Assembly (NCBI RefSeq): GCF_001194135.2
Contig: NC_068992.1
Location: 51,757,282 to 51,821,281, forward strand
DNA: 64,000 nt
Reading direction: 5' to 3'
Source of the DNA: Octopus bimaculoides
Lineage: Eukaryota
Shown: positions 1 through 13,370 of the stretch, piece after piece
How the letters are laid out: each line of letters opens with the position of its first letter
How positions within the stretch are numbered: the first letter of the stretch is position 1
Notes under the pieces: generated by a model
What the model saw: the letters and a program-made list of their open reading frames with translations, nothing else
Database searches by the model: none
Told to the model about the DNA's origin: nothing
Translations under genes and position numbers: made by a program

Positions 1-115
1 TATATATACATATATACACACACACACACATATATATATACATACACACACACATATATACATACATATATACACATGCACACACACACACACATACATA
101 TACATATGTATATAT
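1..115. repeat. (TA)n/(CA)n compound microsatellite
   Basis: Directly visible TA/CA dinucleotide tracts. Confidence 0.9.
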
Positions 116-984
116 ATGTTGCTTTATGTCAAACAAATCCGGATAGAGTGCTCAGTACTTGTTGCACAGAATATGGTGTTTTATTGAATCTGAAAGAAAG
201 AGTTAGCTTAAAACTTGTGTTTCACACAACAGTGATCGTCAGGTACAAGTCACAGTGGCATGAAACTGTTGCTGCTAGGCAAACTATCAGATTCAAGTTC
301 AATAAAGATAAAAACTCTATATAACGCGCATGTATGTGTGTGTGTAAAATAACATAATGTAGGTAATCTCTTGAAATTTTGCATTTCAAGAAAACTATCT
401 TTCAGACAAAATTCTAATTGTTCTTGTAGATACTGGACTGACATTCACATTACTAAAAATTAATTTTATTATTCAATGAGATATCTATTTAACTTCTTCA
501 AAGAGATTGTGTTAATAAAACTTTAGGCAGAAAACTCATGTATCACAATAGATGCAGCATAATAGAAACATAAAAAAAATATATACATGTCTTTTATGTA
601 TAATCATAAAAAAAAAATGTCATAATAATACTTCAATATTTACGGGAATATTTTTTTTTATTGAAGTTACAGATATGTTACCTCTACATCTATAAAAATC
701 TTCATTCCATTTTTCTGCTTTGCGAAATTATTATATAAACACTGTAATTTTGTATTGTTTATAAAGGAATTACTTTTTATTTTGTTTTATTATTTAAATA
801 ATCCTCATTTCATATAAATTCTGCCTTTTATGATGCCACCGTTATTCAATATCTGTCATTACCAATGATTGCTATGAGATATATTTATCTGTAAAAAAAA
901 AAATCTCTTCTCTTCTGATGTCTATTCGTAGTATGGTTTCATTTGTATTATTTTTACATATGTACATGCACACATACATAAACA

Positions 985-989
985 ACACC

Positions 990-1088
<99 letters not shown>

Positions 1089-1495
1089 TATGCACATGCA
1101 CATACATGCATAAATTTATACATATGTGTGTGCGTGCACATAAATGTGTGTATATATATATATATAAATANNNNNNNNNNNNNNNNNNNNNNNNNNNNNN
1201 NNNNNNNNNNNNNNNNNNNNNNNNNNNNNNNNNNNNNNNNNNNNNNNNNNNNNNNNNNNNNNNNNNNNNNNNNNNNNNNNNNNNNNNNNNNNNNNNNNNN
1301 NNNNNNNNNNNNNNNNNNNNNNNNNNNNNNNNNNNNNNNNNNNNNNNNNNNNNNNNNNNNNNNNNNNNNNNNNNNNNNNTATACACATTTATATAGTGAG
1401 AGAGAGAGTGATAGATAAAACTACATACACACATGCATATATATATATATATATGTTTATATTTGCATATATATATATATATATATATATATAGA
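985..1495. repeat. (TA)n/(CA)n microsatellite cluster around assembly gap (N 1171-1379)
   Basis: Dinucleotide tracts on both sides of the N run. Confidence 0.9.
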
Positions 1496-1854
1496 CTGAT
1501 ATATTGCAGTTCCTCTCCCCTCTCACTCTATACCATACAAATATATCCAAATTGTTTTCCTGCCACAAATGACTAAACAAAAGCTCACATATCATTGTTC
1601 AAAAGGAAAAAATCTGCTCTATATTAGAAACTAACACCGAATAAATCTGCTGTTGTAATTAGATGAGTAAATATCATATAACATCAATACCTCGAAATTT
1701 ATTTGTACATAGTTTCCTTTCAAAATGTATTTCACCAAATTTATATATGATTTCATATGAATAGGTTTTGAAATTGGAGACTTTTGTAGTTAATTCTATT
1801 CGAGTTTATATTTAGCAATTTGTTTTTGCTGTTGTTATTGTTGCTGCTGTTGTT

Positions 1855-1872
1855 TTTATTATTATATTTATT

Positions 1873-1937
<65 letters not shown>

Positions 1938-1948
1938 CATGATCATCA

Positions 1949-2006
<58 letters not shown>

Positions 2007-2055
2007 CATCATGATCATCACCATTATTATTATTATCATTATTATTATTATTATT
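1855..2055. repeat. (ATT)n microsatellite with interspersed ATC units
   Basis: About 200 bp of ATT/ATC triplets; explains the poly-N and poly-I ORFs. Confidence 0.95.
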
Positions 2056-4100
2056 TTGCTTATCAAAGGAATTCTGTGTTCCATTGAATTCTTTGCACAG
2101 CAAAAAATAAATGAATGAATGAAAATTAAAAAAAAAACAACATAAAATTTCACAAACCAGTGGTACTTATTTATATGTGAGATGATGTCAAAGGTTCATA
2201 AATTTAAGTAGCTGAAAATATTGCCTGCAATGTTTGTAAAAGACTGAACATTAGTATTGCAATGGCATTGTATTTATTTGAATGAAACATTGTCATCACC
2301 GTTCTTTCATGGCTTCTATAGAAGTTAACAGCCCACTTGTAATGAGTGTCGATAAATAATGTCAAAGAAAAAAAAAATATCCATTAAGGAAACAGCTGGC
2401 ACATAAACAGATAAAAGAGAAAACATGTAATGCTATGGTTAGATAAATTGAGAGAAATATATAGGAAACAAAAAACCAAAACTAGTAAAAAATATATTAG
2501 TATATATTTCTCGCTAAGAAAAGTCCTTTGATGCTGAAAACTATGTCACACTAAGGAAAGCTAGAGAAAACTATAACACAATTTCTTGGAGAAAATAGAC
2601 ATTACATAAATGTATAAGCAGCTTTTTTACCTTTAAATTACTGATGTTATACTGACAACTAGTGTAATTTCTCTTCTGTATAGCAACATTAAATGGCAGG
2701 TTGATGCAATTATATGTCTAAATCTAGACAATATATGTCTTTGAATATACAAAGAAAGTTGTTCCATGAACTTTAATTGAATTATTATTGATTTAATGTT
2801 CAAATATTGCAGTATCACTGAATACAAGCGCTGGACAAGAATAAATAAATAACAATTTATCCAAACAATGATGGAACAGAATATTAACATAACTATTACA
2901 TATGCATAGGTTCCTGTATTGTTGTGTTATTCAAGTTGTTCAGCCACAATCAGTCCTGATCCAAAAATGCCTATGATTAAAGGTATCTAAACCTGCTCCA
3001 GCTACCATTTTTTATAAATCAGTGACTATATCAGTGAGTGGGGCCAGTGTGCATTGATGCCGTCGAGAGGTAGGCCCCGAAATGGCGTGCATTCTCTCCT
3101 GATGACCCCACACAATTGCTGGCTTCCGGTATGCGGAGTTCTCGACTGGTAGCACTTGCATGTGCAAGTTGTTTGCAAGACACACAATGCAGCCAAGGTA
3201 TTCAATGTATTCTTGCTTTTCTCAGAGCAGTAGGGCGTGATCTGAAACAGGTTTAGCTGCAGTTTGTTGTGCATCAAGAGATTATGTAAGGGCTTCCTAT
3301 CTGTGATGTTACCGGTTCTGGTGAATAAGTTCAGTTGGCACTGCTGAATCAAACTGCAACAGAGACAAGTGATTCTCAAACTGACAAAAACTAGATGTAA
3401 GCCCACCAAAAAAACAAAATGCTAATGAAATCTTTGATTACTCCCACCTATTTCTGAATCTTTTCATAACCATATTTCTATTGAAATAACATGCCTTGCT
3501 TTAAATAAATTTTGAAAACAACAAAGAATTTAGTACAATAAATTTGTCACAATTCAACTTGTGTTTGGAACACAAATCATCATCTTCATCAACATCACCA
3601 CCATCATCACCACCACCACCATGGGCATACTCCTCTTCATCATTTTCACCATCAACAGTGATGATCACCATCACTATCACCACCGTCACCATTCTCCCTC
3701 GTCACTATAATTTTCACCTCTATTTTTCCATGCTGGTATGGGTTAGACAGATTTTCTGATGTAGTGTTTTGTGGCTAAAAGCCCTCCATGTTGTCTACAT
3801 TTATAACGCCCTCTTTCATTACCCAAGGTACAGATTCTGAAATTGGAAATCACATGTTAAGGAAAATATTCTGAAACAGACTCGAAACATCCATCAAGCT
3901 AGCAACATAAACACTAGTAAAAGAGAAAACACGTAATGCAATGATTGAGGAGACTGAGAGAAATATGTTGGCCATTCTGGGGCACTGCCTTGAAGAATTT
4001 AGTTGAACAAATCAATTCTATTGCATACTTTAAGCCCAACATTTATTCTACAAATCTCTTTTTATGAAACAGCTCAGTTTCAAGGATATAAACAACAATA

Positions 4101-4137
<37 letters not shown>

Positions 4138-4339
4138 CCTTGGTTAAGGAACAGCTTTAATTATGAACAAATTAGTTTACAAACACTTTTTCAAATAAAA
4201 GACATCTCAGCATCTCAAGTGATGAACGCAACAAGCCTACAACAATGCTTGGGGACAAGCTGGGAGAATAAGCGGAAGAGCACCAGTTACTCTCTAGCTT
4301 CCACTCAGAGCATAAACATCTTTGTTCGAATTTGCTGTA

Positions 4340-4446
4340 ACTTCTATTGAACTTCCTACAGGAAAACCAGTTTCAGTTTATGAATATTTTGGGTGATGAA
4401 CGTCCTCCAGGACCAAACTGAATTCATAAACCAAGGTTCCACTGTA
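4340..4446. mobile_element. Tigger/pogo-like DNA transposon terminus (relic)
   Basis: Right end reads ...ATTCATAAACCAAGGTTCCACTG followed by TA (reverse: TA CAGTGGAACCTTGGTTTATGAAT), resembling Tigger-type TIRs with a TA target. Left end not identified. Confidence 0.4.
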
Positions 4447-4544
4447 AATAGATTAACATTTAGGTTTAGACGCAGTTTCCGTCAGCCGAATTCTCTTATA
4501 AGGTATTCATTGGCTTGGAGCTATATCTTATATCTCTTATGTTT

Positions 4545-5290
4545 TACCTGTTTCAGTCATAAGATTCTGGCCATGCTGGAGCATCACCTTGAAGAACTTT
4601 TAGTCGAATGAAGCAACCCTGATACTTATTAATTTTAAAGTTTGGTACTTAGTCTATCGGGGGGTTTTTTGGGCTTTTTTTTGCTGAACCACCAAGTTAT
4701 GGGACATAAGCAAACCAGCACCGGTTATCAAGTAGTGGTGAGGGACAAACACTGCCACAAATACACACACATACACGACAGGCTTCTTTCAGTTTCCATC
4801 TACCAAATCCACTCACAAGGCTTTGGTTGGCCATCACAGAGAGCCAGTCACATATATTTTGAAATGATGACCATCCTCACCAAAATACAACCAAATAAAT
4901 ATATAAACAACTATATATAGTTGGCCATGCTGGAGCACCGCCTTTAGTCAAACAAATTGATCCCATGACATATTCTTTGTAAACCGAGTACTTATTCTAT
5001 CGGTCTCTTTTGCCAAACCACTAATGTTACAGGGACGTGTACACACCAACATCAATTGTCAAGAGATGGTGGTGGGGTGGGGGGGACAAACACAAACACA
5101 CAAACATACACATAAACACACACACATATGATAGGCTTCTTTCAGTTTCCATCTGCTAAATCCACCCACAAGGTTTTGGTCAGCCCGAGGCTATATTAAA
5201 AGACACTAGCTCAAGGTGCCATGCAGTGTGACTGAACTCGGAACCATGTGTTTGGGAAGCAAGCTTCTTACCACACAGCCACACCGACAC
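4545..5290 (-). mobile_element. Two adjacent decayed copies of the CORE-like tRNA-derived SINE family
   Basis: Share GGCCATGCTGGAGCA, TACTTATTCTATCGGTCTCTTTT and GGCTTCTTTCAGTTTCC blocks with the near-full copy at 12958-13370. Confidence 0.75.
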
Positions 5291-8116
5291 CTATAGTAGA
5301 AGACACTACCAAACCACCAAGCAATAAAACTGAACCTAAAAATCATATGGCTGAAAAACAATCTTCTGCACCACAAAGACATGTCTACACTATTTGTTTA
5401 TGGCCAATAACTAATAACCATATAACCTGATTGAATCACATTTTTATCAATAAATATGTCATTGGTAGGACTGAGAAAATCTACAATTGGTCTTCTAGTT
5501 TTTAGTGGTGCCTTTATTCGATGGTTTGTTATCTTCATACATTTCAATAATTCAAAGACTGTATAGTCTTATGAACAGCATCATGCCTGCTTTTTCAAGT
5601 GATGTATCAACAAACAACATTGTAGTTCTTATACTTATTCAACAAAGAACATTATATTTTAGTTCTACATAAGACATAACTAAACCTTATAGCCATGATA
5701 TCTTTATTTTTTATATATTTTTTTCATTATTGCTATTCAGTTTCTACATTATCAGTAGTTCTATGGACTGAACTGTGTTTACACAGAGTTGAACTGAGAA
5801 GAATGAAGATAATTGATTCTTTGTGTACTCAACTTTTTGTTAATGCCCTGTAAAATATCTTACACTGTTTCATAATAGTTCAGATATAAGAAAAACCATT
5901 CAGAAGCACATTCTACTGAGAACCATGCAATAAATTAGATAAATGTACTTTTAGCTGAATATATATGTATATATATACATATACATATATATTTACCTTA
6001 TATGACATTATATTAACAAAACTTCTTTCTACCTCAGCAGCAATTTTCTCAGCACCAAATGGCTTCTTTATAGAGTTCTAAAGACAGCAACAAAAACAAA
6101 CAACACAGATCATATGCCTCTAGATTATTCTTCATTTACTTCTTTCTAAAACTGATGAATATAGATCAGGTATATGAAGAAGAGAAAATTGCTGATATTT
6201 TGTAGAAATGCTTAACCTGCTCTGAGCTCTCTTTGTTTATCAAACTATAATGGAATAAGATTACAGTCTGATATTTGATTATTTGTTTCAAATGTTCTTC
6301 CTTACAGTCCTGTACAGGTGTTGTTCACAAAATTACACATTTATTCTGCCATTATTAATTTTTCATTGTCTGACTGATATTTCTCTTAAATCTTCTAAAT
6401 GAAGAATAGTGACTTTAATTTGATATTCCCTCAATGTTTACCAAGGATGGAATTTGATGTTATTGGTTCATATTTGGCGACCCATCCCAGCAAGTACATA
6501 TGGGGTTTTATGTTTTCCAACGCAATATTATCTGTGCATGGACTATTTTGGTTTTCATTGCAGTCTTTCTATATTTGGCTTAAAAGAGAAGTTGTAGTTC
6601 ATCTGAGCACTGAATACAATAAAACCATCATCATCATCATCATCATCGTCATTATCATTAGATTATAATCCTTCTTGTGTAATCCCACTGATATGTGGAA
6701 ATTTCTCTGTATTAAAATTAATAAGATTTTGGAATTTTTTCTGAGAGTATTTGAAGTGTAACATCCAAGTAATGTTTCTATATTCAATATGAGTATTGGA
6801 AAGGTATTTTACCTTCTTAATCAACTTACAAATGGTTGTATAATATCATGAATATAAAAACGATATTAACTATTTTAAAACTAAACTACATAAGATTGTT
6901 TATGGTTCTCTGATACAAAATTCTCGATTCTGAATTATTTAAGTCAAAATGGCCCATCAAAATTTCAGACATAATAATGACAAAGTTATTATACTAAATT
7001 TGTCATTATTTTCAAAATTAATTGAAACAAAGACAGCACATTTTAGTAGTAATATAGTAGTAACAAAAGGGTTAATTGCAAACGTATGACAAATTTTATT
7101 TCTAAATTAACCTGTTCCAATCTTCCTCTCTTCTTAACAACTTCAATTAAATATTCTTTAATATGATATGAGTAAGTGTAGCATTCTGGAATTCCCTTTA
7201 TACTGTTATTGTATAATAGTTTCCTGGTTAAACATTTTATAAGCTTTCTTACATTTACTTTTGATTGCATATTTAACCAACCGCTTTGATAGATATGAAA
7301 CCTACTCTCAGTCTCAGTCTACTATAATGGCCTAATGAAATTTAATGTTCTGTCACCTGTTTACTATCTCTCTTTCATTACAGTCTCGAATCTCTATCCA
7401 AAGACATAACATTTGTTAAATTAACTGTGCTGCAGGAACAATGGATAAAGCTGTTTATATAATATTATACCTGAAGCTATACATACAATGACATATAATG
7501 GCACATATATATTGTTTGTTAAAAGCTAATTTGATTAGTGCACAACATGGAAAGATTTCTACGAATATCAGATTGTCTTTGACAGATAATCAACGCAGCT
7601 TTCTCTCTCTAATGTCTTAAGGATTTTCATTTTCATTACTCTTAAAGATTTGAGAAGTACCAAATAACAAGACATATTTATTGTCTTATTTGACTTAGAT
7701 TGCTATTTTCCTACAAAGAATTAATAATTCTGGTGACTTGGTGAACTGGCTATGAAAATGTAATCTCATCCAGGCAGAATATTAAATATATTCTTTAAAT
7801 CCTTGCAGTGTACAAGATGAAAATACAAACAGGCAAAATTGAACTACGTCATGTTTTGCTCACACTCAAATACATGTTATCTCATATAATTAATCATTTC
7901 TACTGAATTAAGCTTAAAAATCTAATTATGTTTATATACATATAATACATGCTACATCATGTATTATATGTGTATAAATAAATAGAGAAATAGATATATG
8001 TATTCATCCATAAATATAATGTACTGTAACATAAAGAACAGATTACATTTCAGAATAGTTCATGGCAAGTATATATATATATTTTTATATATATATATAT
8101 ATATATNNNNNNNNNN

Positions 8117-8151
<35 letters not shown>

Positions 8152-8154
8152 ATG

Positions 8155-8660
8155 CAGTGTGTGATGGGTAAATTGTCACCATTTTATACTTTTAATTTCA
8201 CACATGTGCATTGTTTGTTTTTGATTTTGTTAACTACAAAGTATAGTAGGGTCAGTTGGGAAATGTCTGTGAGAAAAAAACCACACTGTGATGCAATTCA
8301 CTCTGCCAGAAATATGGAAACGATATGCTGTACTACTTGGCGTTTGTGTCGGAAGCTCCAATACGAACATTTCAGAGTGTTTGGGTGTCAATCTGAGTAC
8401 AGTGCAATATGAGGACATGTACTGAGAGTGATAAAATTCAGATTTCCAGTCAACATCATGATGTTTTGAGAGATCACTAGTGATGGCGACATTATGCCTC
8501 CATTCATTTTCCTACATGACCTCACACTCAACATGGAGGTCTACAACAAGTGCCTAGAGGAGGTGATGCTGCTCTGGGTCAAAAGGGTGACTGCTGGAAG
8601 ACCCTATGTCTGGCAACACGACTCTGCACTATGCCATACAAGCAGGAGAACACAGAAGTC
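8155..8660 (+). pseudogene. Tc1/maT-like DDE transposase relic (internally deleted)
   Basis: HTH-like WKRYAVLLGVCVGSSNTNISECLGVNLSTVQ followed by IMMF*EITSDGDIMPPFIF...CLEEVMLLWVKRVTAGRPYVWQHDSALCHTSRRTQ, matching the catalytic QQDSAPCH-type motif, with stops. Confidence 0.75.
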
Positions 8661-8719
8661 AACATCTCTGAGATTGAAACAAGACACATTTTTATGGCCG
8701 TAAATAGACTACACCCAGC

Positions 8720-9868
8720 AGCTCAGAAAGGAAAACCTATGTAGGTTAGGTGTGACGAAGAAGTCGAACCATTTCTCCTGCGAAACAATACTGATGTAAG
8801 AAGGTCGAAACTTACGTTATAACAAACACTAACCAAAACCTGCAATATATGCCCTTTAATATATTAAATTTTTTTTAAATGTTCTAAAATGTTATTTACC
8901 TCATTTATAAATTAATTCAATTCTTCGATCTTCCTGGGCAAATATATCTATCATATTTTCGTAGAAATCTTCTCTTTTCGTCAATTGTTGTAATAAATTG
9001 TTTTCAATTGACATTAGTGCTAACCCAGACAGTCTTCTTTCTCCTGTCGCATTTCTTTGGTATGTTTCAACTCTACTTAATACAGAAAAGGATCNNNNNN
9101 NNNNNNNNNNNNNNNNNNNNNNNNNNNNNNNNNNNNNNNNNNNAACAAGGCCAAGAGAATAATTTATTAAGTGTAGCACTTCCAGTTAACCATTTTTTCT
9201 TTTCCTACAAATTAACCTGAAATTGTCTCGTGAATTTCTTGTTGTAGCTTCACAAATTAGGTAAATTCGGTGTTGGTCTCCCACCGTTTATAATTAATTG
9301 TTTCTTTTTTCGAAAAACTATTTCTCAAAATATCGTTTATAACACTCATTTTGAAAAAGGTTACTTTTATATAAAAACACACGAGTAAGTGTCTGAGTAA
9401 ATTGCATCTGAGTCAATTTCAACAAAACGGAAAAATAACGTTAGTCAAATTAATTTAGGATTAATTAGCTACTTCTGAAATATGAAATATAATATAGATA
9501 ATATCTTTTGTTGTCAACAGATGTTTTGAATAAAAAAAAAGAAATTCAAACTTACCGCCAGTTTATTCCGACATTTCAGTTGGCTAACTCAGGAATTATG
9601 GGATTGCCCTTTGTTCGTGTGAGAAAGTGGAACGAGGTTAGCAACAATTCTACACTAACAAAGAGACAGAGAGGGGGTGTCACGTGGTCTTCTCAAAGCA
9701 GACGTATGAGTCAGTGAGAGAGGGGGAAGGGGAGGCAGAATATTTTGAAAACACCTGGATGGAGTTTCTTTGAAACAAAAGTAACTATTTTATCTAATTT
9801 TCCGATGATATGGATAAAAAATGACAGAGCATGCAGCGCATACCTTGCTTGCCTGATAGTGCAAGCCC

Positions 9869-9871
<3 letters not shown>
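8720..9871 (-). mobile_element. hAT transposon relic (ZMYM1-like transposase ends either side of a 49-N gap)
   Basis: 8901-9094 gives SFSVLSRVETYQRNATGERRLSGLALMSIE...FAQEDRRIELIYK* (hAT C-terminal dimerisation motif). 9144-9300 gives KFTRQFQVNL*EKKKWLTGSATLNKLFSWPC (N-terminal TTF-like zinc-finger start). A CAGGGGC... TIR-like end starts at 9871 on the minus strand. Confidence 0.7.
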
Positions 9872-9931
<60 letters not shown>

Positions 9932-11279
9932 TCACACACACACATACTTATCTATATACATACATACATGTATGTGTATATATATACATATATTTCTGTG
10001 TGTTTCTTCTTTCTCATTGCTTTATTTAAAAATCCAGTTATGTAAACTATATTCATATACAACTCATGCAAGGCTTCATAAATAAATTCTATCTATGTTT
10101 TACATGTCACATTTATAGTTGGGTATTGGTATTTTTTACTTCAATTTTTTCCTCGGTTTATTTCAATTTTTTCCCCCTCATAGCAATGTGTCGTCTGGAT
10201 GGGTTTTTTTTTCTTCTCACTTTTTATTACTTACATTTCCTTAGTTTTCAATTTCATTCTCTTCCTCTTTCCTGTAAATACAATATGTTCTGGCTATTTC
10301 CGTTGCAGTTTGCTTACTAATATAATAAAAGATATATTTTCAATTTAAAGACATAGCAAGCTTCGTTAACTAATATATTGCAGTGAGGCTTTCTCATAGA
10401 GTGAAACACATATATGTTCTGAAGCAATTCTCATTGAACACTATACATTGTTTATTTTATGTAAGCATTCACAAGCAAAGAAGGTAAATGTAATGTTTTC
10501 TGTACAATTTGGCTGAGTTTCGACCACGACTATGGTAAAAAGTAATCTGTTCACTGGTAGAAAATGGTTTCTCTAGAAAAAAAAAAAAATAATAAAATTA
10601 AAGAAACATATTTCCTCTGTTCATAGGTATTTTCTTTTACCATTTACATTGTTTTGTTTTTTATTCTGGGCATTTAATGTACTCTATTTTGTTAGTTGAA
10701 AGTATTTCGATGTTATAAACATGTGCATGACAATATTTGTAATGCAATGAAAAACACCACAAATGTGTTTCAGCAATTTTTTAGAAATAATCAAGAGTTT
10801 ACAAGAGTTCATTAAAATAACAATTTCTATACTCACACACACACACACAAGCATTGATACACCCACATATATTTATATGTGTACATTGGTTTATGTTGGT
10901 CAAATGAGAAAGAGAAATGTGTTCAATACATATATCATGGAGGGTATGTTTTCTTTTATTGAAAGTGTGTGTGGGTGTGTATGCATGTCTGTGTGTTTGC
11001 ACGTACCCATGCCTTGACATCATGTGATGGTTGTTAATGAATATCAACATCATGTAAGCAATGGAAAACACAGGTGCAAAAATAAACAGTATCTTTGGTG
11101 ATAGATAGCAAGTTCTTAACAGAATATGTCCTCATCAGCGAAACTGAGTTCAGGAAGTGCTATGCATTGTACTCCCCACCCACGTTACTCCTCCTTCCTC
11201 CTCCCTTACATTAGGCCTACTTCTTCTCAGCCCCATGCCAGTTCCATCAAAACACCCTACCCATGTCATCTCTCTCTCG

Positions 11280-11297
11280 CTCTCTTTTCTTTTTCTT

Positions 11298-11332
<35 letters not shown>
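11280..11332. repeat. (CT)n / pyrimidine-rich tract
   Basis: Visible CT repeat within a C/T-rich block spanning 11170-11700. Confidence 0.85.
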
Positions 11333-11334
<2 letters not shown>

Positions 11335-11754
11335 CTCAACTTCAATGACTTTATCATATCAACTACTCTTGCTGCTCATCACCCAACCACTTCTGCATCC
11401 CCCATCTCACCCATCACATAGTTCTTTATTCATCCATCCTTCAACCCTACCCATTTTGGCAATCTGTTTCTCCACTCCTTATTCTCCCTCTCATATAATC
11501 TTGCACACTGCTTCTTCAACTCACCTTGTGCTTCCGGGTCAATCTAAGCACTTTCTTGCTTTTAGCTATCTCTTGTGGTTCCTACTGTTCAGTTTCTCTT
11601 TCTCTCCCCTTCCCCTACAAGATGTGAGTAACCATGCAAATTCTCTTCATGAACCTACTCAACGCCACTTCTCAGTTCAATTTCTTTGTCCTCTAGCATG
11701 AAGCTGACCATCCTCCATGTTTTGGTGTTCTGTGAGCTGCATGGTAAGCTCAAT

Positions 11755-11804
<50 letters not shown>

Positions 11805-12957
11805 TACACAAACAAACAACAGGCTTCTTTCAGTTTTTGTCTACCACTTTAGAAGACACTTGCCAAAGGTGCCATGTGATTGGAAAGCTTCTTACCACAC
11901 AGCCATGCCTGCACCTATGTATGGGGGGTGTGTATGTGTATAGATATGTATGAATTATTCCTAATTGCAGATGTGTTGTAAAGAATACTTGATTCTTGAT
12001 ATTAAATCCCTTCTTTAGAGTTGATATCAAAAATCACTAAGTAATTTGTCTACCATATCGGTTAGTAGATAAATAACAAGATATTTTTCATGGAGCTAAA
12101 TTAATTCTTCCTTTTTCATCTATGATGTTCAAATATGTGCTGCTGGCCATCCCAAGTTATTTTTCTTCACTCAGCCTTGTCCCATGCGCATACACACACA
12201 TGCATGCATACATGTGTGTGAGTGTGTGTACATAATATAGAAGATAAGATGGTGAGCTGACTGAATCATTACCCCACCAAGCAAAATGCTTAACATCTCA
12301 TCTGTCTTTATGTTCTGGTTTTGTATTCTGCTGCAGTTGACTTTGCCCTTCATTGTTTTTGGGGGGGTCAACGAACTAAGTACCAGTTGATCACTGGGGG
12401 GGGGGGGCAGCATAATCGACTTACCTCTCCCCCAAATTTGCTGGCCTTGTGCCAAAATTTGAAACAGCATAGAAGAAGAAGGGAAAATCACGGCATCATA
12501 AGTAGGACATAAATACCACTACAAACCATGTAGCTTTGGTAACCACTACACAAAAACTTCATTTCAACCTTTGACCTCCTAAATTTGCATACTTAAATTT
12601 AGTGCCTATGATGACATTCAAATGATTCACCAGTGGGTGTCTGAGTTGACACAATATTCAATGAATCGCATTATATACATATATCTGATGTGGTAGTAAA
12701 AGATGAAAAGTAATTGTAACATTGCCTGCAGCATTTAAACGCCACATCCGCTGTAAATTATACTGCGATGTTATTAGAATAATGAAGTTTGAATGAAGCA
12801 TTTGTGATAGAATTGTTACTGCTGACTTCAATGTTTGTACAATGGAAATTGGAACTCAAGGGATCGTCACTTTATAGAATACAAAACAACAGTCTTATAA
12901 TTTGATATTTCAGTTTTAAGAGCACTTTATCAAGAGAAAATTGTGAGTGTGATGAGC

Positions 12958-13370
12958 TCTTTTACTCTTTTACTCTTTTACTTGTTTCAGTCATTTGACT
13001 GTGGCCATGCTGGAGCACCGCCTTCAGTCGAGGAAATCGACCCCAGGACTTATTCTTTGTAAGCCTAGTACTTATTCTATTGGTCTCTTTTTGCCGAACC
13101 GCTAAGTTACGGGGACGTAAACATACCAGCATTGGTTGTCAAGCGATGGTGGGGGGGGGGACAAATACAGACACACAAACACACATACATATATATATAT
13201 ATACATATATACGACGGGCTTCTTTCAGTTTCCGTCTACCAAATCCACTCACAAGGCTTTGGTTGGCCCGAGGCTATAGTAGAAGACACTTGCCCAAAGT
13301 GCCACACAGTGGGACTGAACGCGGAACCATGTGGTTGGTAAGTAAGCTACTTACCACACAGCCACTCCTG
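12958..13370 (-). mobile_element. Near full-length tRNA-derived CORE-like SINE
   Basis: Minus strand starts CAGGAGTGGCTGTGTGGTAAG...GGTTCCGCGTTCAGTCCC (A/B-box-like), then GCACTTTGGGCAAGTGTCTT (CORE-like), an internal (TA)/(TG) tract and an (AAAAGAGT)n tail. Many partial copies in the window (11815, 17600, 20120, 25370, 29150, 32455, 34480, 54130, 61860). Confidence 0.85.

Noticed and set aside
918-1434. Long ORFs rich in YI/HT/CV/X (also 30826-31524, 39276-41177, 47706-48135, 58756-59253)
   Set aside because: They are translations of dinucleotide microsatellites and N gaps, not genes.
1753-2153. Poly-Asn, poly-Ile, poly-His, poly-Asp and poly-Lys ORFs (also 26384-26631, 53057-53987)
   Set aside because: Triplet microsatellites lack stops in some frames; there are no splice signals or protein context.
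3070-3115. GAAA...CTGATGA arrangement suggesting a type-II hammerhead
   Set aside because: The would-be stem II strands (CCCC and CCCC) cannot pair.
6399-6668. 89-aa + ORF and nearby minus-strand splice-like sites
   Set aside because: The frames from the best acceptor all hit stops, no motif is recognisable and the ORF ends in a microsatellite.
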